DNA of 64,000 nt from the human T2T-CHM13v2.0 reference genome, Homo sapiens: assembly GCF_009914755.1 (NCBI RefSeq), contig NC_060928.1. One strand, written 5' to 3'. The notes beneath the pieces are model-generated. The model was not told the origin of the DNA. It did not search any database and was given only the letters and a program-made list of their open reading frames with translations. This document shows, one piece after another, positions 17,356-27,223 of this stretch. Position numbers and translations under genes: made by a program. Within the stretch, counting starts at the first letter, position 1. The number at the start of each line of letters is the position of its first letter.

Positions 17356-17873
17356 AAAATGTGGCTTATATATACTATGGAATACAATGCAGTCATAAAA
17401 AAGGATGAGTTCACATCCTTTGCAGGGACATGGATGAAACTGGAAACCATCATTCTCAGCAAAGTAGTACAAGAAGAGAAAACCAAACACCGCATGTTCT
17501 CACTCATAAGTGGGAGTTGAACAATGAGAACACATGGACACAGGGAGGGGAATATTACACATTGAAGCCTGTTAGGGGGTGGTGGGCTGGGGGAGGGGTA
17601 GCATTAGGAGAAATACCTAATGTAAATGACGAGTTGATGGGTGCACCAAACCAACGTGGCACATGTATACCTATGTAACAAACCTGCATGTTCTGCACAT
17701 GCACCCCAGAACTTAATGTATAATAATAATAATAATAAAGGGAATGTTAGCAGGAGAGCAAAGATGAGGAAATAGAAAAATGTAGGGGTGTCCTTGGAAT
17801 CTTGAGAGGATCATGTATGAGTAGAATATAGTAGGAGTAGATAATAAAAATAGTTTTCATTTTCAAAAAAAAA
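17356..17873 (+). mobile_element. 5'-truncated L1PA7-like element carrying a 3' transduction
   Basis: L1 3' end 17356-17739 with a (taa)n tail, then ~125 bp of non-L1 sequence with AATAAA (17843-17848) and A9 (17865-17873). Flanked by TSD gaaaa(t/c)gagcatataaaa at 17342-17359 and 17874-17891. Confidence 0.9.
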
Positions 17874-17988
17874 GAAAACGAGCATATAAAAGAGAAATAA
17901 AGAAATCATACATACAGAAATCTATGCAATATTGTTTAACTGGGTGTTTTCTAAATTTTTATTTTATTATATGTTTTCTTTATAATGA

Positions 17989-20695
17989 CAAGCATACCTT
18001 GGAGATATTGCAGGTTTGGTTCCAGAACACCACAATAACGTTAATATCACAATTACGCGAGTCACACAAATTTTTTGGTTCCCCAGTTTATATAAAAGTT
18101 ATGTTTACATCATATTGTAGTCTATTAAGTGTGCAATAACATTACTTTTATTTTAAGAAGTACATACCTTAACTAAAAATGCTTTATTGCTAAAACATTC
18201 TTGCAATCTTTTGAGCCTTTAGCAAGTTGTAATCTTTTTACTGGTGGAGGGTCTTGCCTTGATGGTGGTGGCTGTGGACTGATCAGGGTGATAGTTGCTA
18301 AAGGCTGAGGTAGCTGTGACAGTTTCTTTAAAAAAGACAACAGTGAAGTTTGCCACATCAATTGAGCTTCTTTCACAATATATATTTCTCTGTAGCATGT
18401 GATGCTGTTTGGTAGACTTTTATCCAAAGTAGAACGTCTATCAAAATTGGAGCCAGTCAACCATCTCAAACCCTGCTATGCTTTATCAATTAAGTTTATG
18501 TAATATTCTAAATTCATTGTTGTCATTTCGGCAGTGTTCCCAGTATCTTCAACAGAAGAAAATTTCACCTCAAAAAACTACTTTATTTGCTCATCCATAA
18601 GAAGCAAATTCTCATCCACTAGTTATATCATGAGATGGCAGCAATTCAATCACATCTTCAGGCTCCAATTCTAATCCTAGTTCTCTTGCTATTTCCAGCA
18701 CATCAGCAGTGACTTCCTCAACTAAATCTTGAACTCCTCAAAGTCATCCACGAGGGTTGGAATCAGATTTTTCAAACTCCTGTTAATGTTGCTATTTTAA
18801 CCTTCTCCCATGAATCATGAATGTTTTCATGACATCTAGAATGCTAAATCCTTTCCAGAATGTTTTCAATAGATTTTGCCAAGATCCATTAGAGGAATCA
18901 CTATCTATGACAGTTATATCCCTATGAAATGTATTTCTTAAGTGATAAAAGTTGAAAATCAAAAGTGACTCTTTAAACCACGGGATACAGAATGGGTGTT
19001 GTGTTAGCAGGTGTGAAAACCACATTATTCTCCTTGTACATCACATCTTCATCAGAGCTCTTGAGTACCTAAGTGCATTGTCAAAGGGCAGTAATATTTT
19101 GAAAGAAATCTTTTTTTTCTGGGGAGTAGTTCTCAAAAATGGGCTTAAAATCTTTAGTAAACCATTATGTAAGCAGATGTGCTGTCATCCAGGCTTTGTT
19201 GTTCTACTTACAGATCACAGGCAGAGTAAAGTTAGTGTAATTGTTAAGGGCCCTAGAATTTTCAGAATGGTCAATGAACATTGGCTTCAACTTGGTCACC
19301 AGATGCCCTTAACAGGAGAGACTGCCTGTTCTTCGGAGCTTTGAAGCCAGGCATTAGCTTCTCTTCTCTAGCTATGAAAGTCCTAGATGTATCTTCTTTT
19401 AGTAGAAGGCTGTTTTGTTTACCTGGAAGATCTGTTGTTTAGAGTAGCCACTTTCATCAGTTTTCTCAGCTAGATAAATTGATAAATCACTGCAGTTTCT
19501 ATAACAGCACTTGGTGCTTTACCTTGCTTCTATGTTGCAGAGACAGCTTCTTTTCTTCAACTTCATGAACCAACCTCTGCTAGCTTTAGGCTTTTCTTGT
19601 GTAGCTTCCATACTTCTGTCAGCCTTTCTAGAATTGAAGAGGGTTAGAGCCTTGCTCTGGATTAGACTTTGCTTTCACTTAAGAATGTTGTGGTTGGTTT
19701 GATCTTCTAATTGGACAACTCAAACTTTCTACCTATCAGCAATAAGGCTGTTTTGCTTTCTTATTATTCACATGTTCACTGGAGTAACACTTTTAATTTT
19801 CTTCATGAACTTTTTCTTCGCATTCACAACTTGATTGTTTGGTGCAAGAGGCCTAGCTTTTGGCCTGTCTCTACTTTCTACACGTCTTTCTCACTAAGCT
19901 TAATCACTTCTAACTTTTTTTTTTTTTTTGAGACAGAGTCTCACTCTGTCACCAGGCTAGAGTGCTGTGGCACGATCTCAGCTCACTACAACCTCCAATT
20001 CCCTGGTTCAAGCGATTCTCCTGGCTCATCCTTCTGAGTAGCTGATATTACAGGCATGCGCCACCATGCCTGGCCAATTTTTGTATTTTTAGTAGAGATG
20101 GAGTTTCAATATGTTGGCCAGGATGGTCTCGATCTCCTGACCTCGTGATCCATCCACTTTGGCCTCCCAAAGTTCTGAGATTACAGGCATGAGCCACTGG
20201 GCCTGGCCAATCACTTTTAGCTTTTGATTTAAAGTGAGAGACATGTGAGTCTTTTTTTCACTTAAACAAATAAATTCATCATAGGGTTATTGATTGACCT
20301 AAATTCAATGTTGTTGTGTCTCAGGAAGTGGGGAGGTCCTAGGAAAGGACAAGCAATTGGGTCAGTGGAACAGTCAGAACACATACAACATTTATTGATT
20401 AAGTGTGCTGTCTTCTATGGGTTTGGTAAATGTCACCCCAAAAGAATTAAAATAGTAACTTCAAAGATCACCAATCACAGATCATTGTAACAGATATAGT
20501 AACTATGAAAAAGTTCAAATATTGCAAGAATTACCAAAATGTGACACAGAGACACCAAGAGAGCACTTGCTATTGGAAAAATGGTGCTGATAGACTTGCT
20601 CCTATGCAAGATTACCACATAATTACTTCAATTTGTGAAAAATGCAGTGTCTGCGAAGTGCAAAAATGTGAAGCACAATAAAATGAGGTGTGCTG
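17989..20695 (-). mobile_element. Full-length Tigger1 (pogo-like DNA transposon), decayed transposase
   Basis: Terminal inverted repeats caagcatacctt... and ...gaggtgtgctg; ~2.4 kb after removing the Alu. Minus ORFs give TIGD1-like peptides IDSDSSNGSWQNLLKTFWKGFSILD and SRQDPPPVKRLQLAKGS. Confidence 0.92.
19915..20208 (-). mobile_element. AluSc-like inserted in Tigger1
   Basis: Antisense Alu with Sc-type tctgtcaccaggc and ccaattccctggttcaag; TSD aatcactt(c/t)ta(a/g)ctttt on both sides. Confidence 0.92.
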
Positions 20696-21099
20696 ATATT
20701 AATAAACCACCAAAATGGCTGTCACGTTCTATATGTTCTAAGCACGATATTCCCCTTTGGCTATGTCCTTTTTTCATCACTCTTGTCTGTAATGTTGATC
20801 GGTTCCCACATAAGCAGAGTATTACTACCTAGGAGTGCCCCTAGTTGGCAAAAGATAGAAATGGTTAAAGTCAGGCAGAGACACTGAATTTATGTTATGC
20901 CAGGCCCATCAAAGAGGTTTCCATTCCTTCATGCTGCAGGAGTGAATGGGAGTGACTTCAGTCAAGGAAAGAGAGAAGCTGGGCAGTGTTGTCCAAGTCT
21001 TCTGAAGAGAAGCAGAATTGTCGTAGTTAGCCTGCAGCCCCGCAGAAAGTGGGTCATTTCACCACCGAGGTGTGGCTCTGGGTAGCACTTCAGAGACAC

Positions 21100-21290
21100 T
21101 GCGGTTAGGGAACAGTCCCTTTATTCATCACGGGGAAGATAGTGTTTTTCCTCTGCTGTGATAGATTTGCGCTGGCCCAGCAGCCTTTATGGTTAGGCGT
21201 GACTTCCTGAGGGATTTTCTCTGGATTCACAGAAGTTTCCCTGAATCCCAGGGAAAGCCTGACTCACCCACAGTCCTGTCAGGGTGGGGC
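21100..21290. promoter_or_regulatory. Candidate inducible enhancer/promoter (motif cluster)
   Basis: RUNX TGCGGT (21100), ETS ACTTCCTG (21202), kB-like GGGATTTTCT (21211), GAAGTTTCCC (21232) and GGGAAAGCCT (21251), AP-1 TGACTCA (21260), KLF GGGTGGGGC (21282), in non-repeat DNA with several retained CpGs. Motif evidence only. Confidence 0.4.
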
Positions 21291-22024
21291 TGGTATAACT
21301 TGGATGCAGCTTCGACTTGGCTGAACTTACATGACAGTAAGTTTCAGCCTGAAATCAGCTGCCTCTAGGAGAAATGGAAGAACATGATGCGGAAGGGGCC
21401 CCACGGAGGTGCTGACAGGGCAGTTGAGCCTCCTCTCAGTTTTCTCACTAGTACTCTAGGGTGGCACACTGGGGAGCTCGGAATTTTTTTTTTCTCTTCA
21501 TAACTTCCTTTTTCTCTACAGCAGCCTCTCCAACAAGGTCATGTCTCCGGATATCCTAATAACTGATACCCTCATAAAACTCATGGTGCCTCAGACAGTT
21601 GGATCTAAGCCTGGAGCTGACTTCTCAACTTTGATTCTTAGTCCTTAGTTCCCTTACAAAAATACTAAAGCTTCTTTTCAATACCATATCTTGTGTTCTT
21701 CATCACTTACGTTTCAAGAACAATCTTGTTCTATTTTAATGCTGCCCCTGGAAGAGGTACATAAATTCTCGCATGCTGTCGCTCATGTGCCGCTACAAAC
21801 ACACATCTGAATTCTCTAAACAAGCAGGATGATGGAGCTGTCTGGTCAATAAGTACCCCAAGGCAGGGAAGGGTCTGTTTGCCATGCCTTAAAGAAAACA
21901 GTAGCCAGACTCCAGATAAAGAGACCATATCAGGTTGACCCTGATGTTGGTCAGGAAAGTAAGTTGGTGAGGCAACTTAGAAAGAAGAAAAGGAGACACA
22001 AGGAAGGGAAAATTTACCAAGATA

Positions 22025-22210
22025 TTTGAATCCCAGGTCTGAGCCTTACCAGTTGAGTGATTTCAGGTAATCTACTTACTCCAACTCATTTTTAGTTTCC
22101 TGCCACACAGGGACGGTAATGGTGCTTGCTTCACAGGAATGTCATAATCATTACGTGAGATAGGGTATCTACAATGCATCTGGCCCATAGTCATGCCAAG
22201 GAAATGTTAA
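22025..22210 (+). mobile_element. MIR SINE
   Basis: ttgaatcccaggtctgagccttaccagttgagtgatttcaggtaatctactta...tcacaggaatgtcataatcattacgtgagata. Confidence 0.65.
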
Positions 22211-24176
22211 GAATCATGTCAACAACAATGGACTTTCAGGGGTCACTGAAACCTTGGAGACTTAGGGTCCATGAGCAGTTTTTGAGAAAGGGGTTCATAA
22301 ATTTTATTAAGAGTTCTCCAAATTATTAAAAGCTCTTGGAATAATGAAAAGCATTTTGAAAACAGTGAGAGTATCACTGTAGTAAAAGACAGTTTTTCCA
22401 GACAAATTGAGCTTTCCCAAGTTACAAAGATAAACATTTCCAAACTGTCATTCTTGATTGGAATGTACTCACTGCATTTTTTCGATGATTTAAATATTAC
22501 TTTTCCTTCCTTAAAATTCAGGTTCCCTAAATACCTGTGTGGACCACTCTGGTGACACTTGCCTAGTTTCCTCCTTATAAACTTCTTCAGCCACAACCCA
22601 GCTGCTGGAAAGGCCTCAGATCTTATATCTTTCTTCAATGCCCAACACAATCCTTTGCCCATGGTTACTAATCAGCCAATGTATATCGCTGATAGTGATT
22701 TTTATCTATCACCATGTATGTAATTAGCTATTATGTATCACTGATGATTTTTGTCAAGGTATATTTCTATGTAGAGTATAATGAACTTCTGGGTAAGTCT
22801 ACATAATGGACTATACCCTCTGCATAGCACAGCATCTACCATATCATAAGAGTTCATTAATGAAGGGTGATGAAGATAAAAAGAAATTGGGTACTGTGGG
22901 AAAGTTATATACCAACAAATGGCTATATTAGGCAGGTAAGACTACGAGGAAGTATTGTATTTTTTAAAAAAGTCACCATATGGAAACTATAGCCAACTCC
23001 CTCAGTATTTATTTCACATAAATATTAGTTTTCAAACATTTATGACTAGTATACCAAAAAAAGTCACTGGAACAATATATTTTCATCAGGAGACCGAGGT
23101 TTAAGTTTAAAGGATCAGCCACCCTTACATTCTGCTTGAGAACGAAGTCCAAGCCATAGTTTCATTAGTTTTCCTCTTATGGTCCTAGTAGAAGCACATC
23201 ACACATCGTTGAGTTGTATATTTATAGAAGTTTCTCAGCACCACCCACGATAAACAGAATAAGAGAAGGAAGAATCTTAAAATTGAAAGGAACACAGCCA
23301 ACACGGCAAGTAAATTATCTTTTGTGGTGATAGGGTTGGGAGAGAAAGGGGATATGTTTGTGCAAAGCAACCACAAAGTGCCATCGGAGCTATTGATGGA
23401 TAAGCTGTTTCTGAAACCTCTGCTTTTTAAAGAAATCATATCAGCAGCACCAAGCAACCCATTTGGTACAGATCTGTCTTCCAACTGTTTTATGCAAAAT
23501 GCTGATAAGCACAACTTAACTTGAGAGAGAAACTATATACATTTTTCATTTAAACACAGAGCAAATGGAAACCACAGGACATATACAGCTATGGGAGCAG
23601 GAGACAAATATGCTTAAGGGAGGTCAAGCAAAGCTGCTGGCTGGGTGGGACAAAATCCTAGCCAGGGCACAGAGTCAAATCAGAAATTGGCCACTGTGAG
23701 TGGAGGTGAATCCCTGCTGGAACATCAAACTGTTGCTGTTTTTCTCTTTCAAAAAAGATTTCTGCTTAAATTTTGTTAAAAATTCTAAAACAAATTTTAT
23801 AGTACATTGATTAACAGCTTCTTTGCTGGCCAATTTTTTTTGTTTTTTTTTTAATGAAGATCCAAAATAGAATTAGAAAAATGAATTAACTGATGTGAAT
23901 TATATTGTGTCTTCAGAGCAGAGGTGCATTTCCCAAGTTATGTTGGACAGAATGTTAATTCCATAGGATAGGCCTATGGAACAGGTGATATGCCAAATAA
24001 GTGGTTCTGAGGTCCAAGTTCTCATTCTCTTTGCTAATAACAAAGCTTGTACATCCAGACACAAACAAAACACAAGCTCAAAGCAAGAATTTATCTAACA
24101 TGTTTTAATAAATGTCCCAGGGCATGTCCTAGGATTGGTCACAGTCAGTTTTGTGTCCTACTTTTACTTTTTTTCT

Positions 24177-24556
24177 CAGAGTATATTCAAGAGAACACTT
24201 GTTCCACCAAAATTACACAAATGCATACATACATGTTCATGTACAGACATAATACATGAGGAATGTATGTGGGAAAATAATCTAAAGAAATTCTGTCCTG
24301 ATTTATCTTTAAAATAATCTAAAGAAATTCTGTCCTGATTTATCTTTAAAATAATCTAAAGAAATTCTGTCCTGATTTGTATTTAAAAATCCCAATGCAT
24401 GTTAGTTAATCAAAGGCTCTAACTTGCCCTACAGTAGGAAAAAAACCTATTGAACCTGGCAGTTCCATAATTTATCTCATCATTAAATTCTTTTCCTTTT
24501 TAATAGGTAATATTTAATAACCCATGGGACATAAATCTCACTTCAGAATCTACCAG
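24177..24556. mobile_element. MER103-like hAT/Charlie MITE remnant (a second fragment at ~23926-24005)
   Basis: aatgcatgttagttaatcaaaggctctaacttgccctacagtagg and gaacacttgttcc resemble the recalled MER103C consensus. Confidence 0.45.
24274..24384. repeat. 37-bp tandem repeat x3
   Basis: aaaataatctaaagaaattctgtcctgatttatcttt at 24274, 24311 and 24348; the third copy differs near its end. Confidence 0.97.
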
Positions 24557-25774
24557 TATAGAAAAATATTTAGTAACATAAATTAAATTTAAAAGTATGA
24601 AAAAAAGTTCAAAAAACCCAACATAATAAAAACCTAAAGCCACAAAACAGTATGCACACTACGATCCTATTTTTATAATTACATATTTGTTGGCCCTGTT
24701 TTGCCATAACACAGATTTTTGTCAGAAAAAAAAATGTTATGGATACATTGTTTAAACTCTTAACACTGTTTTATTTGGCATGGGGTGGGGGGAAAGTACG
24801 AAGGGTATAACCCATTTTCTAAAGTTTCCAACCATTTAGTATCTATTAGGGTCATAACTGGAGCCAAACACCTTCAGTGAGTGACGGCCTGTCTTACTAT
24901 GCTGGGTGTTGAATGTTGAATATTGAATGTCATGTGAAGTGCCTCAGGCTTCTATTTCTAGGCCTAATTGGGGCACCTGAAAAATATCCACTGAACTGAG
25001 TTTTGAATTGCCGGCATAATTAGTATAGTATATTGCAAGGAGACTCAAATATAATGCAAAGTATTTCCATGCTTTTTCTCCAAATGCCAACTTTAGGCAG
25101 TTGACCAAATAAGATTTAATCTTATTTGAAAGTCCCCTTGTTTTTTTTCCTCGAGTGAGCAAAAGCACTGGGTCTCTCTTTCAGCAAATGGGCAAAGAAG
25201 AGTTGAGCAGTAAGCCCTCACACCCCAGCCAGGAGCACAGAGACAAGAAGGAGCCAAGAAAAGTGCATGACCCTTTATTCCCTAGAAACCTCTCACTTTA
25301 AGGAAACCAGAGTTTACAAGAAGTTTGCTACAGCAGAGAAAAAGCTGAGGGGACTAATGAAGAAGGCAGAAATATAGCTTCGCCTTGAAGGAGATCATAA
25401 TCCAATGCTTAGGACAGAATAATTGTAAGGAACAGGATTCACACAGTGAATCTGTGGCTCTAAGTCCTGAGCAACCAGGAACTAAGGACTCTAACTAGTG
25501 CTACAGATGATTAGAGATTAGAGAACTGGAGAATAGATGATTAGAGAACTGGAGAATAATGTACCACCCAGGAGAATGATCTGGAAAAACAATGTAAATA
25601 AATCTACCAAGGAGTGTGTGTGCATGCCTGTGTTAAGCACAGGTCTATTGAAGGAGGTATAAAACTGGCCCATGCCCTCAGGGAGAGGCTTGCTTTCTGG
25701 CTGGCTAGATGACATACCTAGGGAAAATGTGAAAAAAAAATAAATAAAAACAGTATATAATTTAGTTCTAAATG

Positions 25775-25835
25775 ATGGCATAGAGCCTGGCACAGAGCCT
25801 GGAAAATAGGCACTTAATACATGTTTATTGAACTT
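25775..25835 (+). mobile_element. L2/MIR-type 3' end fragment
   Basis: cacagagcctggaaaataggcacttaatacatgtttattgaa matches the L2 terminal motif. Confidence 0.55.
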
Positions 25836-26325
25836 AATTAGATCTATAAGCTGTCAGAAGGCTAGACAGGAGACCTTGGCAAAATCATACAGAAAATGAG
25901 AGTCATTATTTATTTTTAATAAACAATGACAGAAACAATGGCATAGGCGGTAAAATAAACTTTGGGGACAAGTTGAGGAGAGGACAATTAAAAAAGTTTT
26001 AACTATAAAAATCAACAGTTAAAAATGGTTTTAATGTTCCTTTCCTATTAAATTTAAGTTCTAAGAAGGTAAATGACAATCAGGACAGGTGTCCAAGGAC
26101 CACAGTTTCTGGTAAGAAAGATTAAGAAGAGATGAGACTTGAAAGAGGCAAACTAACAATGGGTCTATTTTTAGATGTATCCTACTGCCATTATGACAAT
26201 ATTACTTTGGAATAATTTCCAGGTTTTGATGATTGACTCATTGTAAAAGGCTGAGGAAAGACCATATTCAAGGCTCAGTAAACACAATTCAGTTATTCTC
26301 AAAAGCTAGTTGAATAATCAACCAC

Positions 26326-27223
26326 CATAAAGAATATATTATGGTGATCTTAACATATTCATCCCAATTCTTATAATAAAAAGGCATGTTAAGAATTTCA
26401 TTACTTGGTATGCTTTAAACTATTAACTCTAGTGCAATGAAAATGTGTATGTGCATGCAAATATATGTTTGGAAACTTGAGATTCTTATCTGATATATGG
26501 ATTCCAGCAAAATAAACAAGGATTAAATTAGGCTTGAATAGTAATAATCTGAACAGGTAAAAATATACCCATCACACTGGTATAATGATATAACGGTGAG
26601 GGGGGAAAAAAGGACATGGAGGAAGCTTTTTCGTTAGTAGGTACACATTTTTCCAAGTAATCTGTGTCCAAATAGGAGGTGAGCCTTCTCAAAATGAATT
26701 CTAATTTTCCAGGTGTTCACATAGCAAACCCCTAATGAACCTGACCCTAGGATGGCTCTGGTTGCATGGCCAGAGTCTTGTATTCATTGGCCTATTGCTT
26801 AAATATTAATCTTCTATTCAGCTTTCTTGGTTGTCCATGGCAAAGGGTGCATTCCATGCACATCAAAGATAGGTAGAAGACATCATTCCTTAACATGTAA
26901 TTCACATGTCTCCCTTCATCATAGGTGAAGTCACAAAATTTCCAGACCACATAACAAAACTCATTTGTATCATTGCTTATAAAATTGTTAAATACTTTAA
27001 TTATGTATTTCTGCAATCTTAGGCATTGTTTGTTCTTTCACACATCTGTCCTCTGTGCTTGTTTGGAGAAGTAGACCCTGAAGAGTATGGCCTCATGCAT
27101 TTTGGTTAGTGCCAGGGCAATGTCAAAAATATATATGGTCATCGGTTTTTGTTGAAGATTATTGTTCAGAGTGAAGATCAGAAGAACATTCTGAACCAGG
27201 CTTTGCATGAGTTGAGTTACCAA
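26326..27223 (-). pseudogene. Candidate highly decayed intronless class A GPCR (P2Y/GPR18/LPAR6-like)
   Basis: Motifs in 7TM order: SLVQNVLL (TM1), TIYIFDIALA..FRVYF (TM2), VFYLSLMCMEC..QP (TM3), GIFLP (TM5), CWNPY (TM6), and a frameshifted MN-C-x-D-P-IIY-FM (TM7). Many stops and spacing anomalies; recognised by eye only. Confidence 0.4.

Noticed and set aside
22243-22662. 139-aa minus ORF in unique DNA
   Set aside because: No recognisable motifs; composition typical of translated non-coding DNA.
23185-23514. 109-aa minus ORF with a hydrophobic C-terminal stretch
   Set aside because: No ATG start, no recognisable family and no supporting splice or promoter signals; likely chance.
24274-24384. 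37-bp repeats as a CRISPR array
   Set aside because: Units are contiguous with no spacers, the context is primate, and there are no cas genes.
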